Shown: in pieces, positions 17,439-26,917 of the stretch | Numbering within the stretch: position 1 is the first letter of the stretch | Layout: each line of letters opens with the position of its first letter | Virus record (IMG/VR): IMGVR_UViG_3300046787_000667 | Span: 1-34,606 of that record | Source: a virus | Lineage: Duplodnaviria > Caudoviricetes | Direction: 5' to 3' (one strand) | DNA: 34,606 nucleotides | Notes under the pieces: model-generated | Database searches by the model: none | Told to the model about the DNA's origin: nothing | Seen by the model: only the letters and a program-made list of their open reading frames with translations | Program-made: the position numbers and the translations under genes

Positions 17439-18731
17439 ATGATAAAATATATCAAAGGTTTGTTTAGTAAAGATACTGAGATTATTCAGAAAAATATTAC
17501 TGTAAGAGATGTTGCTGAAATGATGAGGCCAGCTATCGGTGATGTTTATACAGACGCAAATTCAACTAAATATTACAAATCATGGGTTTATGCCGCCGCT
17601 AACTATAATGCTAAGAATATTGCTGACGCACATGTTAAGCTAGTTACCAATGAAACACCAAAAGTAAGTAGATATAAAACCATTCCAGAAAAATTGGTTA
17701 AAGCATATCATCCAGCCAATGGTAATTATAATGAAATATTAGTACACCCCATTTTGGATCTGTTAAATAAACCAAATGAATATGATGGTGTTTATCAATT
17801 CCTTTATAAGGTTGACCTATTTTTAGAATTAACTGGTGATGCTTATGTTTATGTAACAAAAGAAAATGGTATACCAAGTAAATTAGAAGTTTTATATTCA
17901 CAGTTCGTTAATATTCAAACTGATGGTTTAAATAGAATTACACATTACAATTATGGTGTGGCTGTTGATGGTAAATATCAATTTAGTTTCACACCAGATG
18001 AAATAATTCATATTAAATTTTTTAATCCTGATGATATTCTTTATGGTATATCACCTCTTTCAGCTTGTGCCGCAGGTGTTGACCTAGTTAATGCTATGAC
18101 GACCTACGAACAGGCTTTAAATAGAAATTTGGGTATTCCAGCAGGTATCATAAAATATAAGGAACAAATTCCAGAAGAGCAAAGAAGGTCTGTAGAAGCT
18201 CAATGGCAAAAGAAATTTAGTTCAGTTGGTAGAGCAGGTAAAGTATTAGTAACTGATGATGATATGGATTTTCAATCTTTGGGTATTGTTCCCCGTGAAA
18301 TGAATTTCTTGGAAGGTAAAAAGTTCACTAGAGAAGAAGTCTTTAGTTGTCTCGGTGTACCTATGAGTTTAATGATTACTGAATCTGTTAATCGTTCAAA
18401 TATGCAGACTTCTTTAATTAGTTATCACCATTCCACCTTGTTGCCCAGATTGAAACTTATATCTCAGTGCATGACTAAAGGTTTGATTAGCCAATATCCT
18501 ATTATCAGAAATTCTAATAAAGAAGTTATGGTAATATTTTGTAGGGATGAACCAGTTGATTATGAACTAAACATTTTAAAGGCTGACAAATTGGCACAAA
18601 ATAAAGCTCTAACCATAAATGAAATGAGAGTTATGTTAGGTTTAGCTGAATTAGAAGACCAAATAATCGGTAATCAAATGGTACAGACTACATCAACTAT
18701 ACCAATTAATCCTATAGGGGAGTCGAAATAA
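17439..18731 (+). CDS. HK97-family portal protein
   Basis: HPILDLLNKPN, LTGDAY, EIIHIK, YGISPL, LTINEMR-x-x-LGL. Confidence 0.95.
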   Translation: MIKYIKGLFSKDTEIIQKNITVRDVAEMMRPAIGDVYTDANSTKYYKSWVYAAANYNAKNIADAHVKLVTNETPKVSRYKTIPEKLVKAYHPANGNYNEILVHPILDLLNKPNEYDGVYQFLYKVDLFLELTGDAYVYVTKENGIPSKLEVLYSQFVNIQTDGLNRITHYNYGVAVDGKYQFSFTPDEIIHIKFFNPDDILYGISPLSACAAGVDLVNAMTTYEQALNRNLGIPAGIIKYKEQIPEEQRRSVEAQWQKKFSSVGRAGKVLVTDDDMDFQSLGIVPREMNFLEGKKFTREEVFSCLGVPMSLMITESVNRSNMQTSLISYHHSTLLPRLKLISQCMTKGLISQYPIIRNSNKEVMVIFCRDEPVDYELNILKADKLAQNKALTINEMRVMLGLAELEDQIIGNQMVQTTSTIPINPIGESK

Positions 18732-19474
18732 TGAAAAAAATAATTAAAATTACTAAAGAATACGCCAAGAAAATTGGTTTAGATGATTCTTATGTTGGTA
18801 AAACAGTTAAGCGTTTAGAAACATTTTCAGAAGCAGAGATTGAAGACCAGTATGTAATTGGTCGTGTAAGTTCAATGTTACCTGATGCTGATGGTGATGT
18901 GGTAATACCTCAATCATTAGACCTAACTAGATATAGAAGTAATCCTGTCATTCTTAAAAACCATGACCATAATAATCCTATTGGTTATGTTGAAGACTTA
19001 TCTGTTGATGAAACTGAAATTATAGCCAAAATTAAATTTGGATCCACTGAAGAATGCCAAGATATTTATCAGTTATATAAAGATAAAGTTCGTAGAGGTT
19101 TTTCACTAGGTTTTATTCCAATAGAAGAAGTTCAAAAGGGTAGTAGAGGTTTTGATGAACTTTATGGTAATCTACAAAAAAGATATCCACAAATATTTAA
19201 CAAAGATTCAGTTAATAAAATTGACAAGATTATTACAAAGGCTGAATTGATTGAAATTTCATGTGTAGCTATTCCTAATAATTCTAGCACATTAGCATTA
19301 ACGGTTAAAAATATTAATACAGATATAGCTCAAGAAGATAATTCTGTAATTCAAACAGAACAAAATCTTATAGTTATCAAGAAATTAGGTGAGAGTTCGA
19401 TTAAAATTAAAAGGATTGGTAATGTTTATGATGATATTGTTAAAGAAAACTACCTAAAAATGGGTGGTTTTTGA
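18731..19474 (+). CDS. HK97-family prohead protease
   Basis: DADGDVV, NPVILKNHD...PIG, FSLGF, ELIEISCVAIPNN. Confidence 0.92.
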   Translation: MKKIIKITKEYAKKIGLDDSYVGKTVKRLETFSEAEIEDQYVIGRVSSMLPDADGDVVIPQSLDLTRYRSNPVILKNHDHNNPIGYVEDLSVDETEIIAKIKFGSTEECQDIYQLYKDKVRRGFSLGFIPIEEVQKGSRGFDELYGNLQKRYPQIFNKDSVNKIDKIITKAELIEISCVAIPNNSSTLALTVKNINTDIAQEDNSVIQTEQNLIVIKKLGESSIKIKRIGNVYDDIVKENYLKMGGF

Positions 19475-19631
19475 CATATTAAAGATTTTCAGTGATGAAG
19501 AATATTGGAGAGGCGGGTTAATCATCACCCTATCTCAATAATCCCAAGAAAAATAATCCGAAAAAAATATAGTTTGAACACTTCAAGCTATACGATTGGT
19601 GATTAAAAAACAAAAATTAAGAGGATTTAAA

Positions 19632-20804
19632 ATGAATAAGTATTTAGTTAAGAAACAGTTCGCCCACAATTCTGATATTTTCAGTGTTGGTGATGTCGTA
19701 GAAATGAATGATGCTGATTCCGCTGGTTTCGTTACCAAGGGTCTCATCGAAAAACATGTTGAAGAAAAAACTATCAACGCCAAAGTGGATTCTAAAGAAA
19801 TTGCTGATGCCGTTTCTAAGGCCATTGCTGGTTTGATGCCTGTTCAAAAAGCAGTTGAAAATAAAATGACTTATGGTGATTACCTCCAAGGTATTGCTCG
19901 TAAGACTATTAATATTACCACTGGTGCTCAAGGTCAGTTGAATACTTCGACCTATTGGGACCCTGCTGTTGATACTGATATTCTTAGAGAGTCTGGTATT
20001 GCTCAGAAAGCCTTTATGGTTTCTTTGAGTGGCCAAAACAACATCTATAAGAAAAACGTTCTTACGACTGTTGGTAATGCCCCTGCTGTATTTGCTGAAT
20101 CCGCTACCATCACCGCTTCACAGCCCCTCATCACTCAGTTTACTTTCACTCTTGAGAAAGTGGCTTATCGTTTTGATGTGACTGAAGAAGCCATGGAAGA
20201 TACTGGTGCTCTTGTTCAAGAAATTGAAAATGCAGTTCCAGAAGCTTTCAGCAAGTTCATCGAGAATGGTATGATTAACGGTTCTGGTACTATCCTTGTT
20301 GGTATCGTTGGTGGTACTAACACTGTAGTTACCCCTTATGTTTCCCTTCAGCCTGTTGATAGCTTGCTGACTGAGAATGTAAGAGCCATGTATGTGAGAT
20401 GTAAGAATCCTAGCCGTTCGAATTGGGTTGTTAGCCGTTCCGCTTATCTGAAGGTTCTTGAACTTGAAGACAGCAATGGTAATGCCTTGTTTGTTGGTCC
20501 TAATGGTGCCGCTGATGCTCCTTTTGGAACACTACTTGGTTTGCCGATTCTTATCTCTGATTACTGTGCCGCTGTTGGCACTGTTGGTGATATCATCCTT
20601 GGTGATTTCTCCAGATACCAGATTGTCAATAAGGGTGGAATGAAACTCCGTACCAGTTCTGAAGTTAGCTTCTTGACTGATGCTCAAGTCTTCAAGTTCA
20701 CCTACAGATTGGCTGGTAAGTCCATCGATGTTAAGCTCACTGCAACTGATGGTACTGAAATCGGTTCCTTCGTGGTTCTTGATGATAGAAATGGTTCGAC
20801 CTAA
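19632..20804 (+). CDS. HK97-fold major capsid protein
   Basis: VTEEAMED, INGSGT, TLLGLPILISD, LGDFSRY; GAGGA SD; high-expression codon bias. Confidence 0.93.
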   Translation: MNKYLVKKQFAHNSDIFSVGDVVEMNDADSAGFVTKGLIEKHVEEKTINAKVDSKEIADAVSKAIAGLMPVQKAVENKMTYGDYLQGIARKTINITTGAQGQLNTSTYWDPAVDTDILRESGIAQKAFMVSLSGQNNIYKKNVLTTVGNAPAVFAESATITASQPLITQFTFTLEKVAYRFDVTEEAMEDTGALVQEIENAVPEAFSKFIENGMINGSGTILVGIVGGTNTVVTPYVSLQPVDSLLTENVRAMYVRCKNPSRSNWVVSRSAYLKVLELEDSNGNALFVGPNGAADAPFGTLLGLPILISDYCAAVGTVGDIILGDFSRYQIVNKGGMKLRTSSEVSFLTDAQVFKFTYRLAGKSIDVKLTATDGTEIGSFVVLDDRNGST

Positions 20805-20832
20805 TAAGTCAACCTAATATCTAGGTAACACT

Positions 20833-20873
20833 GAAAACCTCTTAGTAGAAATGCTAAGAGGTTTTCTATTTTT
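20833..20873 (+). terminator. Intrinsic terminator after the capsid gene
   Basis: GAAAACCTCTTAGTA-GAAA-TGCTAAGAGGTTTTC, then TATTTTT. Confidence 0.9.
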
Positions 20874-20933
20874 AATTTTCCTTTGACAACTATCAGAAAG
20901 ATATAACTAAAACTTTAAAGAGAGAGATAACAA

Positions 20934-21794
20934 ATGGCATATATCGATTTGGTAACAATCGCAGACATAGAAGCTTACACTGGTGTTGTTTATGATTCTG
21001 CACAGAGTTTAGCTTTAGAAAATATAATTAATGCTGTATTTGAAGCAATTGAGGGGTATACACAGAATGAATTCCTACCCCAATTAAGATATGAAAGAGT
21101 GAGTTTGGCTGATGGTGTAATTGTTAGCTTATTTCCTCAAACTAGAATGCATGGTGTTTTCACAGGTGTAACAGAAGTAATTAAAGTAACTTCACCTTCA
21201 TATTCAGCATCAATTTGTTTTGCTAGGGATTCTACTGATGATTTATGTTTCATTTTACAGGAAGCTGGTTCTTATGAAGAAATCCCTGTTGGTACACAAT
21301 CATTATCAGATTTAATAACCGCTATAAATAATTTTAGTGGTGGTTGGGTTGCTACTAATGTTGGTGCTTCTGGGTACATTGCTAGTGCCTTAGCTGGTCA
21401 AATTTGGCAAGGTGATTATACAAGTCCTGATGATACCAATTTAGATTTTTATTTAATGGGAGCTACTACTAAAGTTTCCGTTAGTAAAATGAATAACAAG
21501 GTTCTTCAATGTCCAGAAATATTATCTGATGGTATTTTAATTTATCATTCGGGTTATTCAGTATTGCCTTCGGATCTGAAGGATGCTATTATCAGATTTG
21601 TTATTCAGTCATATGGTGATTCTGCCGTTGTTAATACCGAAACTAAAAAGTCTGAAACTATTGGTGATTATTCTTACACCAATATGACTGATACCGATAT
21701 TAATGGTGGTGGTAACGCAGTTGGAACTAATTCGTTATCTATAAAATTGAGTTACTATAATATTTTAGATAAATATAAAAATTATCATATTTAA
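20934..21794 (+). CDS. Head-tail adaptor (gp6/gp15-like) with a large insertion
   Basis: LVTIADIEAY...IEGYT N-terminus; GYSVLPSDLKDAI...KSETIGDYSY C-terminus. Confidence 0.8.
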   Translation: MAYIDLVTIADIEAYTGVVYDSAQSLALENIINAVFEAIEGYTQNEFLPQLRYERVSLADGVIVSLFPQTRMHGVFTGVTEVIKVTSPSYSASICFARDSTDDLCFILQEAGSYEEIPVGTQSLSDLITAINNFSGGWVATNVGASGYIASALAGQIWQGDYTSPDDTNLDFYLMGATTKVSVSKMNNKVLQCPEILSDGILIYHSGYSVLPSDLKDAIIRFVIQSYGDSAVVNTETKKSETIGDYSYTNMTDTDINGGGNAVGTNSLSIKLSYYNILDKYKNYHI

Positions 21795-21829
21795 AATTAG
21801 TTGGTTCCGTTCAAAAGGAGAAATTGAAA

Positions 21830-22525
21830 ATGGAGCAGTTTAATAATATTCATATTTATGTTTTGAATCTTGATAGACGACCCGATAGATATCAAATGAT
21901 GAAATCACAGTTAGATATTTTAGGTTTAACACATGAAAGAATATCGGCAGTAGATGGAAATACATTACAAGAACCTGAACCAATAGCTGGTGTTAAGCCA
22001 CAATACTGGAACAAGTATGCTTTAGGTATTGTTCAATCAAATAAGTTTATAATTAATGATGCTATTAAAAATAATTATGAAGAGATTCTAATACTTGAAG
22101 ATGATGTGGAATTTGTTGATGATTTTAAAAATAAGTTCCAAACATACAAACAACTTTTACCTGAAGATTATTACATAGCTCAATTGGCTTGTAGTAATTT
22201 CAAAGATATTAAAAGTTGCACTCAGGTAGTAGCTCCTCATATTTTTAAATTGAAGAGATGTCTTGGAGCTTTTGCATTATTAATTAATAGAAGATGCTTT
22301 CCAGTAATTAAGAATATTTTAGATAGTAAAGTTGGTCCATTGGATATACTTTACTATGAGATACAAGATAAGTATCCTTGTTATTTATTTTACAGAGGGT
22401 TGGTAAATGTAGTAAGTGATTATTCAAATGTGACTGGTTACTATTTAGACACTTCTGATAATAGATACTTACAAAATCCTATATTAGAAAAGGTATATCA
22501 ACAATCATTAAAAGGGAGAAATTAA
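21830..22525 (+). CDS. Glycosyltransferase family 25 (Lex2B/LgtB-like)
   Basis: YVLNLDRRPDR, ERISAVDG, LILEDD; AAGGAG SD favours ATG 21830. Confidence 0.88.
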   Translation: MEQFNNIHIYVLNLDRRPDRYQMMKSQLDILGLTHERISAVDGNTLQEPEPIAGVKPQYWNKYALGIVQSNKFIINDAIKNNYEEILILEDDVEFVDDFKNKFQTYKQLLPEDYYIAQLACSNFKDIKSCTQVVAPHIFKLKRCLGAFALLINRRCFPVIKNILDSKVGPLDILYYEIQDKYPCYLFYRGLVNVVSDYSNVTGYYLDTSDNRYLQNPILEKVYQQSLKGRN

Positions 22526-22528
22526 AAA

Positions 22529-23221
22529 ATGGGTTGTAAAGGCTGTGATAAAAAATTAGAAAGGCGTAAGCAATATCTAGAACAACAGAGAATGGAAAGA
22601 CAAGTTCAAGTTGATATTAAATGGAGTTCTCATATTCCACTTAATGTTTCTATATTGAAATCTTTTCCTATTACTGGTGTTATTGAATTGGGTGCTGGCT
22701 TTTATTCTACTAAATTATTTAATGATATGGATGTACCCTATTTATCAATTGAAATAGATAAACAATGGATTGAAAAACTTAATCTACCAAATGTAATTCA
22801 TTATGAAGCACCATTAGGAATTGATAAAGGAACAATCAGAGAAAAGATTGATAAAAACGAGTTAGATAAATTTTCAAAATTTTGTTTTAACAATAAAGAT
22901 ATTTGGGCAAATTATCTTTTTATTGATACTTATTCAGGTTATAGATTGAGTTCATTGGTAGACCTATATGAACATTTTGATGTGATTGTGATGCATGATA
23001 CTGAGCAGAGTCAGGATAAGTATTATGGTTATTCACAGTTTAAACCAAATGATAATTACTTATATTTTAAAGATGAAACTTGGTTATCGTCTTCTAGTTT
23101 TTTAATTAAAAAAGAACTTATAGAATATTATCCAAAGTTTAATGATGAGTTTAATCGGCAGTGTGAATTATTCGCCAATAAATTTAAAATTAAGCATGAA
23201 CCTAAAATTTCAAAACTATGA
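22529..23221 (+). CDS. Class I SAM-dependent methyltransferase-like protein with N-terminal CxxC
   Basis: VIELGAG-x-YST, SIE-x-D-x-x-W, LFID, IVMHD. Confidence 0.7.
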   Translation: MGCKGCDKKLERRKQYLEQQRMERQVQVDIKWSSHIPLNVSILKSFPITGVIELGAGFYSTKLFNDMDVPYLSIEIDKQWIEKLNLPNVIHYEAPLGIDKGTIREKIDKNELDKFSKFCFNNKDIWANYLFIDTYSGYRLSSLVDLYEHFDVIVMHDTEQSQDKYYGYSQFKPNDNYLYFKDETWLSSSSFLIKKELIEYYPKFNDEFNRQCELFANKFKIKHEPKISKL

Positions 23222-23826
23222 AAATATTATTCTACACATTTGCGGATCCATGCGTAAAGGATTATTTGGTACTTAATGAATCATTAAAACAGATTAAAGA
23301 GCCATTTTATTTTTTATGTAGTGGTGATATTGATATAGTTGTGAAAAAACTTTATCCTAATGCAATTATTATTAAGGGTAAAAATCATCTTCAACAAAAG
23401 TTTATTCAACTTGGTTCTGAATTATTAGATGTAGATTTTGATGTGTTAGTTAAAATAGATTTGGATGCCATTCTTTTTAATTATCAAGAAGTGTTAGACA
23501 TAGCTTCTAAATGCCCACCTGAATCAATCTTAGGCAATAAGAGGACACTTGGTGACAGAATCTATATCAGAGGTGGGTGTAACGCTTGCCATGCCTCAGT
23601 GATTAAAAGATTTGTTATTAAGGGATTCCACCAAACATTTAAAGGTATGGATTTTGATATACCATTCTGTATACAATCTAAAGCTAATTTAGTTGACTAT
23701 CAAATATTTGAAATATCAGAAAAGTATTCAGGTAAACTACCAGTGTGGCATCCATTACAGAATACGACTAAATTAATTCAATTTAGAAAGTGTATAGAAA
23801 TTTATAATAAGGAGAACAACCAATGA
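23218..23826 (+). CDS. Divergent GT-A glycosyltransferase-like protein
   Basis: FDVLVKIDLDA DxD motif, YIRGG, late D and VWHP, as in GT31/fringe-like enzymes. Confidence 0.6.
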   Translation: MKILFYTFADPCVKDYLVLNESLKQIKEPFYFLCSGDIDIVVKKLYPNAIIIKGKNHLQQKFIQLGSELLDVDFDVLVKIDLDAILFNYQEVLDIASKCPPESILGNKRTLGDRIYIRGGCNACHASVIKRFVIKGFHQTFKGMDFDIPFCIQSKANLVDYQIFEISEKYSGKLPVWHPLQNTTKLIQFRKCIEIYNKENNQ

Positions 23827-25307
23827 ATACGTGTATAGCGATGGTTTATAAAAGTGGTGGAGATTATGATTCTCATCACCTACAATATATTGAAAAGTTG
23901 AGAGATGGTATAAATAACAACACTACCATTAAGCACGATATATTTTGTTTAACTGATGTGGATATTAGTTGTGTTGAAGGTGTAACGGCTATTCCATTTC
24001 AAGAATCATTTCAGAGATGGCATTCTCGTAACTGTTTATTTTATCCAAAACAATTTGAAAGTTATGATAGAGTTTTTTATGTTGACCTAGATACAATAAT
24101 TGTTAATAACATTGATGATATATTGGCTGATGAAAGCGAATTAATGTTACATAAAGATATTATGCAACCATCAAAACAACTTCAATATGGTTGTTTCTTA
24201 TTCAACCCTAATGCTGAATATATTAAAAGTGGTGAGATGTACAATTATGTAATTAAACAGAATCTACAACCTACCCATTCTTCAGCCAGAGTATTCAATA
24301 ATTTCTTTGAATCTAAAGGTATTAAAGCTACTATTGCACAAGATAAATATAAAATGTGTTCATATAAGCTAGATATAGTTCAAAGAAAAAGGAATGCTAA
24401 TGATTATCAGATTGTTCATTATCACGGTAAACCTAGACCCCATGAAACTAATTGGTCGATTGGTCCTATAAAGTCTACTTTAACAGCTAGGCAAATCTTT
24501 AGAGAAAAACAATTACAAAGGAAAATGATTAACAAACCAACTGTTACTAAAGAAAGGCTAGAGTTTTTAGAAAGACAAAGGCAAAGACAAAAAGAAAAGA
24601 AACCACCTGTTACTTATTCAGATATTACTAAGTGTTATGATGGTGAAGATGTATTTGTTATTGGTGGAGGACCGTCACTAAAGTATGTTAACCTAGATAA
24701 GTTTCTAATGGATAAAAATGTTATTGGTGTTAATGATGCTTATGAGTTTAAATGTTGTAAAATGTTATTTTTTGCAGATAACAGATGGTATAAAGCACAT
24801 AAAGGTAATGTTGAATTGTTAGATTATCCTGTATATTCTCAGCAAATCCATTCAAAAACTGTTAAAAAACTATGTTCATCCACCAAAACATTTGAACCAG
24901 AACAGAGAAATAAGATTATTTGGAATGGTAATTCAGGTGATGCGGCTATTTGTATTGCCTTATTGACTGGTGCTAAGAGAGTTTTCTTGTTAGGATTTGA
25001 TAGAAAATTAGTTGAATCTACTGATGGAAATCCTAGTAATTGGCATGTTAACTTGACGAAAGTAAGTAAATCTGCTTATTTAACAATGAATAATAAATCA
25101 CATATGTTACATAAACATATTGGTGAAAAGTTTCCTGATGTAGAAATAATAAATGTAGAGATTAATGAAAATAGTTCTGCGTTAACCTTATATCCAAAAA
25201 TATACTTCAATGAAATATTTGAAGTCGAAAAGAATGAAATATTTATTGATAAGGAACAGTGGGACTTGACACACGACATTATTAGAAAGAAAACAGAGGT
25301 GAAATAA
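23823..25307 (+). CDS. Fusion of GT8-like glycosyltransferase and Maf/DUF115-like domain
   Basis: N-half FCLTD, FYVDLDT, HYHGKPRPH; basic linker; C-half VFVIGGGPSL, IGVN, NSG, VFLLGFD, EIINV. Confidence 0.75.
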   Translation: MNTCIAMVYKSGGDYDSHHLQYIEKLRDGINNNTTIKHDIFCLTDVDISCVEGVTAIPFQESFQRWHSRNCLFYPKQFESYDRVFYVDLDTIIVNNIDDILADESELMLHKDIMQPSKQLQYGCFLFNPNAEYIKSGEMYNYVIKQNLQPTHSSARVFNNFFESKGIKATIAQDKYKMCSYKLDIVQRKRNANDYQIVHYHGKPRPHETNWSIGPIKSTLTARQIFREKQLQRKMINKPTVTKERLEFLERQRQRQKEKKPPVTYSDITKCYDGEDVFVIGGGPSLKYVNLDKFLMDKNVIGVNDAYEFKCCKMLFFADNRWYKAHKGNVELLDYPVYSQQIHSKTVKKLCSSTKTFEPEQRNKIIWNGNSGDAAICIALLTGAKRVFLLGFDRKLVESTDGNPSNWHVNLTKVSKSAYLTMNNKSHMLHKHIGEKFPDVEIINVEINENSSALTLYPKIYFNEIFEVEKNEIFIDKEQWDLTHDIIRKKTEVK

Positions 25308-25309
25308 CG

Positions 25310-25639
25310 ATGGCATATTTAACATTATTGACTCAGACTGTAACCAGATTTTATGCACCTAATTCAAATGGTGTAGACTGGGAAAACTATTCAGTTGATA
25401 CTTATGATTGTAGATGGCAACAACATGTACAGAAATATGAATCAGCGGCTGGTGAGGCGTGGAACAGTTCTGCCATAGTTTACTCTACAGATGTATTTCA
25501 ACTTGAAGATTGGTTATACTTAGGTACTACAACTGAAACGGATCCAAGAGAGTTAGATTTGGCTTACAGAATTAAATTAATTTATATTACGCAGAACCCT
25601 CAAGATAATATAACAGTTTACAAATATATACTCTGTTGA
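25310..25639 (+). CDS. Head closure / head-tail joining protein
   Basis: Size, beta pattern and position before the gp10-like gene. Confidence 0.65.
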   Translation: MAYLTLLTQTVTRFYAPNSNGVDWENYSVDTYDCRWQQHVQKYESAAGEAWNSSAIVYSTDVFQLEDWLYLGTTTETDPRELDLAYRIKLIYITQNPQDNITVYKYILC

Positions 25640-25647
25640 GGTGATAT

Positions 25648-25989
25648 ATGAATATTAATTTCAATAAAATACTTTCAGATAATGATAGCGTTCTTGATAC
25701 TATTCTAAAAGAAAGTGCTGATGTTATTTATGATGAGTCTAAACGAAGGGTTCCTGTTGATACTGGTGCTCTGAAAGCTTCTGCAATTATTGAGAACAAA
25801 AAACAAAAAGAGTATCGGGTAAGTTTCAAAGAAGATTATGCCGTATATGTTCATGAGGATTTATCAATTTCACACCCTATTCATGGTAACAGAGATTGTG
25901 GTGGTGAAGCCAAATTCCTTGAAAGAGCTATGCTTGACATGCAGAAGGTTATTATGAAGAATTTTAAAAATAAAATGAAGGGTAAATAA
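25648..25989 (+). CDS. HK97 gp10-like tail completion protein
   Basis: VPVDTGALKAS, YAVYVHE, AKFLERA. Confidence 0.88.
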   Translation: MNINFNKILSDNDSVLDTILKESADVIYDESKRRVPVDTGALKASAIIENKKQKEYRVSFKEDYAVYVHEDLSISHPIHGNRDCGGEAKFLERAMLDMQKVIMKNFKNKMKGK

Positions 25990-26385
25990 ATGCTTCCAGT
26001 AACCGTTGATATATGTGATATAATCGACAATAACAGTATAGCTGTTCTTGGCACTGACTTATTTTATGATAAGGAGCAAGAAAAACCAGATGATGTAGTA
26101 ACAATTTATGCTTATAGTTCTGTTCCATCGAATTCTTATAATTGTGATTCACCTGAGAAATATTTCGTTCAAATAAGGGTTAGAAGTAAAATTCATATTG
26201 ATGGCTGGAATAAAATGGAACAAATTACAACCTTACTAAATCGTCAGACATATACTGTTAATGGTTCTCCTTATGATACCCATTATAGTTTTGTTGCTAA
26301 CACCTTACCAATAAACATACAACAAGATTTAAAGAATAGACATATACTAATTATGAACTATTCAGTAACCAGATGGCTTGTTTAA
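25990..26385 (+). CDS. Tail terminator protein
   Basis: PDDVVTIY, VQIRVR, D-x-x-NR motifs; position before the tail tube gene. Confidence 0.75.
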   Translation: MLPVTVDICDIIDNNSIAVLGTDLFYDKEQEKPDDVVTIYAYSSVPSNSYNCDSPEKYFVQIRVRSKIHIDGWNKMEQITTLLNRQTYTVNGSPYDTHYSFVANTLPINIQQDLKNRHILIMNYSVTRWLV

Positions 26386-26454
26386 TTGGATTTTTTTGAC
26401 GCTTTCTGTATTATTAATGTCTTTCCTTAACACACAAAACGGAGTTTTATAAAT

Positions 26455-26871
26455 ATGGCGACCTACATAAACACAACTGGCACTTCTCTTACTCTTTCTA
26501 GTTTGGAGATTTGCTTGACCTCTCTTGACTTTAACCTTTTTACCCTTTCACCAAAAATCGACACAACCTGTTTCGGTAATAGCGAATGGAAAACTGCTAT
26601 TCCTAGCCAACTAGCTGATGTTGAAGATATTAGCTTTGGTTTTAACCTCGAATCTTTTCAGGTAGCTAGTTTCATTTTGGAAAAGGGTGTTAATCAATTG
26701 GTTACTATTACTCTAGTTTCTGATACTACCAACACCATTACTTTCTGGGGATATCTTTCTGCTCTCTCTGTTTCTGCTGGTGAAGTTGATGGTTTGGTAA
26801 CTGGTACTGGTACGATTGTTATCACCAATGTTAACGGTTCCAGTGATGAAGAAGGTCCAACCTACGCCTAA
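26455..26871 (+). CDS. Major tail tube protein
   Basis: IDTT...WKT-x-IP-x-x-L-x-D, TFWGYL; highly expressed codon style; position. Confidence 0.8.
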   Translation: MATYINTTGTSLTLSSLEICLTSLDFNLFTLSPKIDTTCFGNSEWKTAIPSQLADVEDISFGFNLESFQVASFILEKGVNQLVTITLVSDTTNTITFWGYLSALSVSAGEVDGLVTGTGTIVITNVNGSSDEEGPTYA

Positions 26872-26917
26872 TACTGGGTGTAGATAGATTCGTTGACAAA
26901 ATAATTACTAAAAAGGA

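Noticed and set aside
19503-19540. Riboswitch-like element in the capsid leader
   Set aside because: Only an imperfect hairpin (TATT/AATA, GAGA/TCTC, GGGT/ACCC) with no recognisable family features.
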